64,000 bases of DNA from a virus (IMGVR_UViG_3300035698_009402:51659-115658); one strand, 5' to 3'. Shown: positions 43,542 through 51,806, counted from the first letter of the stretch. Notes: a model not told the origin generated them from the sequence alone. A program made the numbers and translations.

Positions 43542-43650
43542 GTCTCAGTGTCCGCGCCATTTGAGTAAAAGTAAAAAAAAATAAAGATTGCTATAAAGGG
43601 TTAATTATAGTATTATATCTTTAGAAATTAAAAAAAGGAAGAAATTTTTG
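43542..43650 (+). repeat. 109-bp direct repeat, copy 2 (carries a duplicated tRNA-Gly 3' fragment)
   Basis: Perfect copy of 42840-42948 located 702 bp downstream. Confidence 0.7.
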
Positions 43651-43700
43651 TGGATTGAATATTGGTCTTATGTAGGCTTTATGTATTTAGTAAGTTTTGA

Positions 43701-43775
43701 ACAACTAATCGCGGGTATGGTATAAAGGTAGTGCCTCAGCCTTCCAAGCTGATGAAGACCGGTTCGAGTCCGGCT
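43701..43775 (+). tRNA. tRNA-Gly (anticodon UCC)
   Basis: Acceptor GCGGGTA/TACCCGC + T + CCA; anticodon arm TCAGC-CTTCCAA-GCTGA; T-loop TTCGAGT. Confidence 0.7.
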
Positions 43776-43804
43776 ACCCGCTCCAATTAATAAAGGGTTA
43801 AAAT

Positions 43805-44209
43805 ATGCTAACAAGGTTAGATTTTTTAGAAATGGAAGAAGTAAACGTTTCTAAACTAAGTAGTTATGAAGGATATTGGTATTTAGCAAGTCCTTTTGCA
43901 GGGTTAGATAGAAAACAAGCATTAAATCTAGTAGCAGAAGCTACTTTTCATCTATTAAAAGAGAGAATTTTTGTTTGGTCGCCAATTTTGCATACTTCAT
44001 CAATTGACGATAATTATAGTGAAAGTAATGAAGAATTAGGCTGGAATCATTCAGATTTTTTAAAGTATGATGCTAGTTTGATGAAACATGCGCAAGGATG
44101 TATATTAATTAATAACGAACAATCATTAAATTCTAAAGGTATGTTTAGTGAATATTGTTATTTTAAAAATACTATGAAACCTTGCTTTAAGTATACAATG
44201 CTCGCTTAG
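43805..44209 (+). CDS. hypothetical protein
   Basis: 134 aa; its TAG stop overlaps the first nt of tRNA-Val. Confidence 0.45.
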   Translation: MLTRLDFLEMEEVNVSKLSSYEGYWYLASPFAGLDRKQALNLVAEATFHLLKERIFVWSPILHTSSIDDNYSESNEELGWNHSDFLKYDASLMKHAQGCILINNEQSLNSKGMFSEYCYFKNTMKPCFKYTMLA

Positions 44210-44273
44210 TTTAATGGCAGAACGACGTCTTTACACGGCGTATACGATGGTTCGATTCCTTCAGTGAGTACCA
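44200..44273 (+). tRNA. tRNA-Val (anticodon UAC)
   Basis: Acceptor GCTCGCT/AGTGAGT + A + CCA; anticodon arm ACGTC-TTTACAC-GGCGT; T-arm GATGG-TTCGATT-CCTTC. Confidence 0.7.
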
Positions 44274-44289
44274 ATTTAAGAGGCTAATT

Positions 44290-44690
44290 TTGAAAAATAA
44301 GCATAAGAAGATAGTTAAGGATTTGGTCGGGTACATAAGTGCTCGACCTTTTTGTGTCGGAAATGCAAGAGTTGCTGCCTGTATAATCTATAAAAACAGA
44401 GTTTTTATGGGGAAAACAGGAGAAAAACAGGTACTACTACTCTTAAGTATTTTAAAGAGTATAGCATTTTTCTCCATGCAGAGGTAGACGCTATTAAAAG
44501 AGCAAGTAAAGTTTTGACTGATGAAGAACTTCAAAAAGCTACTTTGTACATAATAAGGGTTCACAAGAACGGTAAATTGGCTCTAGCCCGGCCATGCAAA
44601 AAAGGGTGTCAACAGTTGATTAATGCCTATGGTATTAAAACTGTAATTTATACAACAGATACGGGATTACAAAAGTTGACAAATATGTGA
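44290..44690 (+). pseudogene. cytidine/dCMP deaminase-like gene split by a -1 frame change (pseudogene, sequencing error or programmed frameshift)
   Basis: Frame A gives the N-terminus (VGNARVAACIIYKNRVFMG); frame A-1 (open from 44394) continues with HAEVDAIKRA ... PCKKGC zinc-binding deaminase motifs; the shift lies in the A-rich run GGGGAAAACAGGAGAAAAACAGG (~44405-44435). Confidence 0.4.
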
Positions 44691-44718
44691 CTAACAATTC
44701 CGTAGTCAGGAGATAAAA

Positions 44719-44856
44719 ATGTTTAGTAAGTTAATCAAAAGATTTCAAGAAAATAGAACTATGTCAGCATTGAATAGTTTAGACGACGCTACCTTAAAAG
44801 ATATAGGTATTCACAGAAGTGAAATCCCTTCTTTGGCAAGAAATCTGAATAAATAA
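44719..44856 (+). CDS. DUF1127-family small protein (45 aa)
   Basis: C-terminal LNSLDDATLKDIGIHRSEIPSLAR matches the DUF1127 signature (L.D..L.DIGL.R.dI), a family abundant in alphaproteobacteria. Confidence 0.4.
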   Translation: MFSKLIKRFQENRTMSALNSLDDATLKDIGIHRSEIPSLARNLNK

Positions 44857-44914
44857 GTAGGATAAGCCCTAGGTAGCTATGCTCCTAGGGTTTTCCATTT
44901 GTGTAAATAAAAAT

Positions 44915-44943
44915 AAATTCTATTTGCTTTGAAGAGTTTTTTA
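44915..44943 (+). promoter_or_regulatory. promoter TTGCTT-N17-TATTAT
   Basis: Upstream of the CDS at 44999. Confidence 0.45.
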
Positions 44944-44998
44944 AACTATTATACAAGTAATCCAAGGAAAACCTTTATTAGAGAGAGAGAAGTTTTAT

Positions 44999-45466
44999 AT
45001 GACTAAAGAAGAATTTAACAAATATATGACAGAAATTCATAATGAAATTGAGTTATATATTAAAAATAATATGTTAATAGGATATTCCTGTGAGTTAAGA
45101 TTAGATTGGTCTGTACGCAGACGTAGAAGTAACGGCGGTAAGGCAGTTAAATCTGGTAAAATTGGTGTTAGTTATGCTATGGTTGTTTTAAATTCTAGAA
45201 TAAACTCACTACAGTTTAATGAGTATCCTAGCTTTAGCAAGGATATCCATATAGGAAGTATTACTACTACTGATTGGAAAGATATTTGTCTGTTAATTAG
45301 CTGCCATGAACAGGCTCACGCATTTAGAGCCGCTAAAGTAGGTGGTAATATCGACGGTCACAATAAAGAATGGAAAGCAGCTTATAAACAGTTGAGAGAG
45401 AAGTTTTTAAACAGTAATGATACTATAACCAGTAAAGGTCAAGTATCTGATAAAATATCTAATTAA
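44999..45466 (+). CDS. HExxH zinc-metallopeptidase-like small protein
   Basis: LISCHEQAHAF motif; TTGCTT-N17-TATTAT promoter at 44915. Confidence 0.45.
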   Translation: MTKEEFNKYMTEIHNEIELYIKNNMLIGYSCELRLDWSVRRRRSNGGKAVKSGKIGVSYAMVVLNSRINSLQFNEYPSFSKDIHIGSITTTDWKDICLLISCHEQAHAFRAAKVGGNIDGHNKEWKAAYKQLREKFLNSNDTITSKGQVSDKISN

Positions 45467-45686
45467 GATCATTATGTAGAAAGTTTTAATAAACATGCTT
45501 ACACCAAGGGAGTAAATAGAAATTTTGCTGTGGGAGATACAGTTTGTTACACTCCTGAAAAAGCTGAATTTACATTGATAGGGTTTAATAAAAGAGGCTA
45601 CAAATATCCTATTATACTAAAAAATGAATCTATAAATAGATTGTTTAAAGTAGCTATAGGAGATTTAAATATGATGGTGAAAATAA

Positions 45687-45896
45687 ATGACAGCAGATAA
45701 TGTAGGTAAAATACTAGGATCGGTGTTTTTAATAGGAGTAGTTTTATTCGCTGTTTTTAATTTTAAAGCTTTTATGGCTACTGTTATAGTAATTATAGGT
45801 GTAGTTAGTTTAATAGCTATCTATAGCGGAGTAAGTAACGTAACTAAAGGCGTTATTAATAGAAACACACGATACAATGATCGTCATGATGACTAA
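45687..45896 (+). CDS. small membrane protein
   Basis: 69 aa, two TM helices. Confidence 0.4.
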   Translation: MTADNVGKILGSVFLIGVVLFAVFNFKAFMATVIVIIGVVSLIAIYSGVSNVTKGVINRNTRYNDRHDD

Positions 45897-45922
45897 AACA
45901 ACTTATAAAGATAGGAAAACAA

Positions 45923-47302
45923 ATGATTCAACAGAAAACAATTAAAAAATTAGGTATTTGGGGTGGTGTAGGGTTAATTTCTTTAATCGCTCTAAATAGC
46001 GCTTATTTTAGCACTAGTGAGGGTTATTTATACTATGTACAAAATAAGTTAACAGGAACTACTGAAGTATATAGTGAACCCGGAGTTCATCTTAAGATGC
46101 CTCTTTTTACAAATGTATACGAATATAAGAGAGTAGCGACTATTGATGCTACTACTAATCCGGGAGATTTTACACGTAAACTGCCTGCTATTAGTGTTAC
46201 TTTTGCTGATACTTATACAGGCGAAGTTCCAGCTACTTTTAGGTATAGATTACCTACTGATCCTGAAAACTTCAAGAAACTTCATCAAGAGTTTAGAAGT
46301 TTCTCTAATTTAGTGGATGCTTTATTAGTACCTAATAGTAAGAATGTTGCTGTAGTAACCGCTACACAATACACTGGTGAAGAATTTATTCAAGGCGGAG
46401 TAAATAGATTCAAAGCTCAGATGGAAGATCAATTAAATGAAGGTCTATATGTAACTAAAAGAGAGCAGGTGTCTGTTACAGATTCAGGTTATGCCCCTGT
46501 ATCTAGTACTAATTCTAATGCTAATCTAGTAGAAACACAGACTAGACTAGTATGGAAAAATGTAGTAAAATTAGAAGTTAAAACAGGTCAGCCTAAGAGA
46601 TTAGAAAATCCTATTACTGAATATGGTATTACTTTAGCCCAAGTTACTATTGGTAAGCCTATTCCTGACGAACAACTTAATTCTCTATTACAAAATAAAA
46701 GAATCCAAGTTGGTGAGAAAATTACTGCTCAACAGGAAATTGAAACCAATGCTACAAAAGCAGAAGCAGCTAAACAAGAACGTGAAATTGTAAAGCAAAA
46801 AGCTATCCAGGATGCTCAAAAAGATAAAGAGTTAGCGATTATTGCAGAACAACTACTTGTAGATGTTGAAAGACAAAGAGCTATTAAAGAACTTGTTGCA
46901 CAACAAAAAGAAAAAGACGTAGCAGTAATTCAGAAAGAAAAAGAGCAAGCAATTGCTGTAGCTAACCGAGGTATTCAGCAAGCTAACGCAGAAGCAGCTA
47001 AGTTTGAAGCACAGGCTATTCTAGAAAAAGGTTTAGCAGAGGCAAGGGTAGCAGATGCTCAATTACAGGCTAAGCAAAATAACAAAGATATTTATATGGC
47101 TGAAATAGAGAGAGATATTGCTAGATCTCTATATGGTAATCTAGCTAATTTTAAGGTAGAAATGCCTTATAATGTTATTATGAACGGTTCTGCAAAAGGA
47201 ACTTCTTTACCTAGTAACCTAGATGTATTAACTCAATTTGGTACTTTAGGGATTATGAAGAACCTAGAAGAAAGAAGTAAGAAAGTAGAGGTATCTGAAT
47301 AA
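45923..47302 (+). CDS. SPFH/Band-7 (flotillin/HflKC-like) membrane protein with long coiled coil
   Basis: N-terminal TM LGIWGGVGLISLIAL, SPFH-like core, then ~150 aa of Q/E/A/K-rich heptads (EAAKQEREIVKQKAIQDAQKDKELA...). Confidence 0.6.
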   Translation: MIQQKTIKKLGIWGGVGLISLIALNSAYFSTSEGYLYYVQNKLTGTTEVYSEPGVHLKMPLFTNVYEYKRVATIDATTNPGDFTRKLPAISVTFADTYTGEVPATFRYRLPTDPENFKKLHQEFRSFSNLVDALLVPNSKNVAVVTATQYTGEEFIQGGVNRFKAQMEDQLNEGLYVTKREQVSVTDSGYAPVSSTNSNANLVETQTRLVWKNVVKLEVKTGQPKRLENPITEYGITLAQVTIGKPIPDEQLNSLLQNKRIQVGEKITAQQEIETNATKAEAAKQEREIVKQKAIQDAQKDKELAIIAEQLLVDVERQRAIKELVAQQKEKDVAVIQKEKEQAIAVANRGIQQANAEAAKFEAQAILEKGLAEARVADAQLQAKQNNKDIYMAEIERDIARSLYGNLANFKVEMPYNVIMNGSAKGTSLPSNLDVLTQFGTLGIMKNLEERSKKVEVSE

Positions 47303-47523
47303 TGTCTCTATTTATTATATGGTATATGTCAGGATTAATATTATCTGTATTATCGGTTAGACTAAGTTTCGGATATTTTAGTATGAACTTATTTGGTTTT
47401 AGTTTACTATTCGCATTTTTTGGGCCTATTGTGTTACCTATTCTACTAATAGATAGTGGAAAAAAGTTTATGCGATTACTAAAGGGTAACGATAATGAAG
47501 CCTTATATTCACGCAAGAATTAG
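47302..47523 (+). CDS. small membrane protein
   Basis: 73 aa, two TM helices; ATGTCT start overlapping the SPFH stop. Confidence 0.4.
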   Translation: MSLFIIWYMSGLILSVLSVRLSFGYFSMNLFGFSLLFAFFGPIVLPILLIDSGKKFMRLLKGNDNEALYSRKN

Positions 47524-47710
47524 TGCTAAGAAGTTTGGTGGATTGCCGAAAGATTATTTGGCAATCCACGACTTCATTGATAGTAGTAAAGTCTGTTATC
47601 CCGATATGAAACATAGAGCTATTCTACATTCTAGTTTTGGGTGTTTTTTAGTAGAACAAATGTTCGGTACTACGATTATAAATAGTGACGGCAAAGAAAT
47701 CAGCAGTTAG
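47495..47710 (+). CDS. hypothetical protein
   Basis: 71 aa ORF. Confidence 0.3.
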   Translation: MKPYIHARISAKKFGGLPKDYLAIHDFIDSSKVCYPDMKHRAILHSSFGCFLVEQMFGTTIINSDGKEISS

Positions 47711-47767
47711 AGACGTAGCCGAAGAACATATTATGGAAGATTTAGGTTTTATTCCAACTGTGGAAAA

Positions 47768-47989
47768 ATGGTTGAAAAATTTACCGACAGAAAGATGGAT
47801 GTACGGTGGAGCGAAAGGAAAAGTAGATTGACTGTAAAAGGTATTAAAGAAGTTATTTGTACTAATTGTAGTAGTACGTTAGAATATGAAGAAACAGATG
47901 TTTACTCTACCCGTGATTACTTAGGAGATAGTAATAATGATAAATGTTTAGAGTGTCCCGTGTGTAATAAAGGATTTGTATTAAAATGA
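47768..47989 (+). CDS. zinc-ribbon hypothetical protein
   Basis: CTNCSS ... CLECPVC paired CxxC motifs. Confidence 0.4.
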   Translation: MVEKFTDRKMDVRWSERKSRLTVKGIKEVICTNCSSTLEYEETDVYSTRDYLGDSNNDKCLECPVCNKGFVLK

Positions 47990-48651
47990 AATTAGAAAAA
48001 GTAGTATTTACCGGCGTAGATACGTCTACTGATTTAGATGCTTTAATAGAAATTTGTCAAAAATCAGTAATTCCTGTAGAAATAGCTTTGTTATTTAGCT
48101 ATACCAGATCAGGTAAAGATAATAGATATATGACACAAGAAGAAATTGGAAACACGGTTAGAAAGTTAAAAAATTCCGTAAAGTTAGCTATTCATTTATG
48201 TGGAAAAGCTAGTACTGAATTTATGACAAACTGTTTAGACGCTGATTTATCTATGTTCGATACGGTACAATGTAATAACATTAGAGTACTGGAAAATGAA
48301 TTAGATATGCAATTTGTAGATAATGTGCACATTCCTTATAATCAAAAAGGTTACAAAGAATGTGCAAGAGTAGTTACTAAATACCCTAAGATTAGTGTAT
48401 TACAGGATAGAAGTGGTGGTAGAGGTGTAGCCAGTACTTTCTTAGTTCCTGTTATGGGCGTACAAAACGGTTATGCCGGAGGATTAGGGCCTAGTAATAT
48501 TTTTTCTAAATTACAAGAAATTGATACATTAGTTGATGAAAATTACGTCACTTGGATTGATATGGAGGGTAATGTTAGAGATAGTAAAGATTTATTTGAT
48601 TTAACTAAAGTAGGTCAAGTAGTAGAAAAGGTAAATGAATACCATGATTAA
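47986..48651 (+). CDS. hypothetical protein
   Basis: 221 aa; ATGA overlap. Confidence 0.45.
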   Translation: MKLEKVVFTGVDTSTDLDALIEICQKSVIPVEIALLFSYTRSGKDNRYMTQEEIGNTVRKLKNSVKLAIHLCGKASTEFMTNCLDADLSMFDTVQCNNIRVLENELDMQFVDNVHIPYNQKGYKECARVVTKYPKISVLQDRSGGRGVASTFLVPVMGVQNGYAGGLGPSNIFSKLQEIDTLVDENYVTWIDMEGNVRDSKDLFDLTKVGQVVEKVNEYHD

Positions 48652-49183
48652 ATTTGAAAATGCACTTAAATCTATAGAAGCAAAGCCTAAGTCTTTTAGT
48701 GATAGAAAAGCTGAGTTAGATGCAGAACTCGGTAGCTTTGCTAAAAACAAGTTACAGCCTTTATTTGATAGTTTTTTCGAAGAAGTAACAGATATTCAGG
48801 CGATCCATTGGACACAATATACTCCTTGGTTTAATGATGGAGAGCCTTGTACATTTTCTGTAATGGGTGTTAGTGGTTATACCAGAGTTACAGGACTATT
48901 TAGAGAATATACCGGACTGACTGACCCAGAAGGCAATGATATCTACGATACAGTAAATGCTTCAGAAGAAAATATTTTTAGCAATCCTTACCCTGCGGAA
49001 AGTTTTGATGATGTATTCGGTACATATGAAAAATCTGAAGAAATTAGTCAAGAATCTTTTGATAAATTTAAAGAACTTGCCTCTTTTATCGAAAGTAACG
49101 CAGACTTTATAAAATGTTTAGGAGAAGGTATTGTTGTAGTCACTCTGGGTAAAATAGAAATATTAGAGTATGAACACGAATAA
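48635..49183 (+). CDS. hypothetical acidic protein
   Basis: 182 aa ORF. Confidence 0.45.
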   Translation: MNTMIKFENALKSIEAKPKSFSDRKAELDAELGSFAKNKLQPLFDSFFEEVTDIQAIHWTQYTPWFNDGEPCTFSVMGVSGYTRVTGLFREYTGLTDPEGNDIYDTVNASEENIFSNPYPAESFDDVFGTYEKSEEISQESFDKFKELASFIESNADFIKCLGEGIVVVTLGKIEILEYEHE

Positions 49184-49430
49184 ACATATTGATATGTTAA
49201 AAAATAGTAAAGATATAGAAAAAGATTTTACTGATATATATTACGAAATAATTAAGCAAGAAAGATTAATTGTATACAGTTTGATAGTAGCTTTAAAAAC
49301 TGATTTCCTAAAAAATTCTTTAAAGAATAAGAGTATAGAAGATCATATGACTACTGAAGAAATATTAAACGTATACTTAAGTTTTGAAAATTTATTTTCA
49401 GAACATTATAAAGAGTATAAGAATGATTGA
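49170..49430 (+). CDS. hypothetical protein
   Basis: 86 aa ORF. Confidence 0.4.
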   Translation: MNTNKHIDMLKNSKDIEKDFTDIYYEIIKQERLIVYSLIVALKTDFLKNSLKNKSIEDHMTTEEILNVYLSFENLFSEHYKEYKND

Positions 49431-49626
49431 ATTAGTGTTATTTACTATTTTAGGAACTGTTGTATTAGTGTTACCTATCATAATTTCAAAAAGTATAATA
49501 AATATATTAACAGGTATTTTTATAATAGTATTAATTTATATGTTTGGTAATATGTATGCTACCACACAAAACATTACTTTAGAAGAGATTAAAAATGAAT
49601 TATCACGCAATTACCAACAAAATTGA
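49384..49626 (+). CDS. small membrane protein
   Basis: 80 aa with two TM helices. Confidence 0.35.
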   Translation: MKIYFQNIIKSIRMIELVLFTILGTVVLVLPIIISKSIINILTGIFIIVLIYMFGNMYATTQNITLEEIKNELSRNYQQN

Positions 49627-49810
49627 GGGTGAAGAAGCTACGTGGCATGTAAGCGGCCCTAGCATTAGTAATTATTCATCTCAAACATTTTCTAAAGAGC
49701 AGGCTGAACAAGTAGCTGTCTGGTTAAATGGAGCTTATATTAACGGTAATAGAAAAGCTAAAGAGAAGATAGCCCGAGCATTAGGGCTACCAGGAGGACT
49801 AGCGCAGTGA
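49595..49810 (+). CDS. hypothetical protein
   Basis: 71 aa ORF. Confidence 0.35.
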   Translation: MNYHAITNKIEGEEATWHVSGPSISNYSSQTFSKEQAEQVAVWLNGAYINGNRKAKEKIARALGLPGGLAQ

Positions 49811-50115
49811 CTTATAGACCGTTACCAGATTATCTAACAATTAAATCAAGTGATATTGAAGGATTAGGGTTATTCGCTATTGAAGATATTCCTGCAAAAA
49901 CTCTATTAGGAGTATCTCATCATAATATTATGGGAAAATTTATTAGAACTCCTTTAGGGGGTTTTTATAATCACAGCAAGACTCCCAACTGTTTTAAAGT
50001 TAGACAAGAGAAATTTTCCGGAGGAGATATTATCTGGTATGATTTATACACTTTGACGCAGGTCAAACAAGGGGAAGAACTAACTGTGGAGTATTCATTC
50101 TATGAATTGGAATAA
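49807..50115 (+). CDS. SET-domain protein (putative lysine methyltransferase)
   Basis: NHSKTPNC (SET NHSCxPN motif) and C-terminal EELTVEYSFY (ELTxDY motif); 102 aa minimal SET like viral vSET. Confidence 0.5.
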   Translation: MTYRPLPDYLTIKSSDIEGLGLFAIEDIPAKTLLGVSHHNIMGKFIRTPLGGFYNHSKTPNCFKVRQEKFSGGDIIWYDLYTLTQVKQGEELTVEYSFYELE

Positions 50116-50387
50116 CTTTTGGTGTTTCTTCGAGGTACATAAGCTTACTATAATTAATGAAAATAACTATTACGGAAATAAAACCCAGTATAATTTACAA
50201 TGTACTACTTGTGGTACTGTTAAAATGAAAAGACTGTAAATGATTTGGTGCTTATTCGGTATACACCGATTTAAGAAAGATTTTTTACGAAAAGATCTTT
50301 ATTTTGAAAAACAGTATTATGAACACTATATAGAATGTTACAGATGTACTAACTGTAGGATTCTAAAAGATTAAAAAGGTAAAAATA

Positions 50388-50915
50388 ATGAAAAATCAAT
50401 TTGTAATTAGCGATACCCATTTCGGTCACGCTAATATACTGACATTTAAGAATTTTGACGGAACTATGACTCGTCCAGAATTTTCTTCTGTAGAAGAAAT
50501 GGATGAAACTATGATTGACAATTGGAATAAGGTTGTTAAAGAAAATGACCGAGTTTACCATCTGGGAGACGTAGTGATTAATAAGAAGTATTTTCATCTA
50601 CTACATCGACTAAATGGTAAGAAGGTACTAATTAAGGGAAATCACGATATTTTTAAGCTAAAGGATTACCTAGAGCATTTTGAAGATATTAGGGCATACA
50701 AGATGACTTCAGAAAGAATTATGCTAAGTCATATTCCTCTACACCCTGAAAGTCTGTCTAGGTGGAACGGTAACATCCACGGTCATCTACATGGAAATAG
50801 AGTGCGTCTATCAAATAAGCAAATCGACCCTAGGTACTTTTGTGTTAGTGTCGAACAAATCAACTATACTCCTATGGAACTATCTGAAGCTACAGAAAGG
50901 CTGCTAAATCAATGA
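50388..50915 (+). CDS. calcineurin-like metallophosphoesterase
   Basis: ISDTHFGH, GDVV, GNHD, GHLHGN motifs. Confidence 0.6.
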   Translation: MKNQFVISDTHFGHANILTFKNFDGTMTRPEFSSVEEMDETMIDNWNKVVKENDRVYHLGDVVINKKYFHLLHRLNGKKVLIKGNHDIFKLKDYLEHFEDIRAYKMTSERIMLSHIPLHPESLSRWNGNIHGHLHGNRVRLSNKQIDPRYFCVSVEQINYTPMELSEATERLLNQ

Positions 50916-51103
50916 CATATATTCTAGTTATATTCGTATATTTTAACTCACTTAATACCGATATAGGTGGAATTAGTATCACCACTGAAAAATTTGATAC
51001 TATGAAACAATGTCACACAGTTGAAAATACTATAAAGGATAGTTTAAATATTGTAAATTATCTGCATAGTTTTAAAACTGCCTGCATTGCAGCACAGAAA
51101 TGA
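50912..51103 (+). CDS. hypothetical protein
   Basis: 63 aa ORF. Confidence 0.3.
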   Translation: MTYILVIFVYFNSLNTDIGGISITTEKFDTMKQCHTVENTIKDSLNIVNYLHSFKTACIAAQK

Positions 51104-51372
51104 AGTTATCTGAAGCACAAAAAATGGAAGCATTAGGAATACTTCAATAAGAATGTGCTGAAGTTATTAAAGCTATTTCAAAAATAAGAAGAACAGGATT
51201 TGATTTTAAGCCTTATAACGGAGACGTTAGTAACGAAGACAATTTAAATACTGAAATACAAGACGTATTGACCTTACTTCAAATATTAGATAATAATAAA
51301 TTATGTGAAACACATTTTAAAAATAAGTGTGAAAAACTACAAAAACGGTCTAATCTGAAACCAAAACTCTAA
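51100..51372 (+). pseudogene. MazG-like NTP pyrophosphohydrolase-type ORF interrupted by an in-frame TAA at codon 17
   Basis: MKLSEAQKMEALGILQ-TAA-ECAEVIKAISKIRRTGFDF...: the EALGxLxEExxEV pattern spans the stop at 51148-51150; no start codon downstream of the stop. Confidence 0.35.
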
Positions 51373-51389
51373 GTTAAAAAAATTAGTTA

Positions 51390-51418
51390 TTGCTTCTTAC
51401 TGCTTTTTGTCGTATAAT
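51390..51418 (+). promoter_or_regulatory. promoter TTGCTT-N17-TATAAT (full consensus)
   Basis: Followed by GGAGAAG RBS and a GTG start at 51450. Confidence 0.5.
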
Positions 51419-51449
51419 TAGTTATAAATTAAAAACATGGAGAAGATCG

Positions 51450-51806
51450 GTGATTAACATTAGGGAAATTAGTTCAGTAACTATCTTTACTAAAGTTGCT
51501 AAAATCACCCTTAACGATCTTATCACTTTTGTAACGGGCCACGGTTATGTTCCCGGTATGGAAATAACAGTAAATTATTCTACAGTATATGAATATAATA
51601 GACCAGATGACCAAGAAGAAATAATTAGATATGGCGAAATTGACTATACTTATCAAACTTTAAAAGGCACTATGGACATTGAGACAGTATTAGAAAACTA
51701 TGTCGTCAGATATGCTCAAGGTTCTAAAGTATTTACTATTTCACATATTGATTATGAAAACGAAGTTTTCTCGGTGGAATACACAACACAAAAAAGGAAC
51801 TACTAA
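51450..51806 (+). CDS. hypothetical protein
   Basis: GTG start at 51450 with a GGAGAAG RBS, downstream of the consensus promoter 51390-51418 (the longer ORF in the track would include the promoter). Confidence 0.4.
   Translation: MINIREISSVTIFTKVAKITLNDLITFVTGHGYVPGMEITVNYSTVYEYNRPDDQEEIIRYGEIDYTYQTLKGTMDIETVLENYVVRYAQGSKVFTISHIDYENEVFSVEYTTQKRNY

Larger units (their letters stand above)
42840..43650 (+). mobile_element. candidate miniature integrated element or cassette: 593-bp GC-rich insert (42949-43541) with one Panacea-domain gene, bounded by 109-bp direct repeats at the tRNA-Gly 3' end
   Basis: att-like duplication of a tRNA 3' end, a sharp GC shift (~50% vs ~30%), and a single foreign gene; no integrase in the window. 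Confidence 0.4.
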
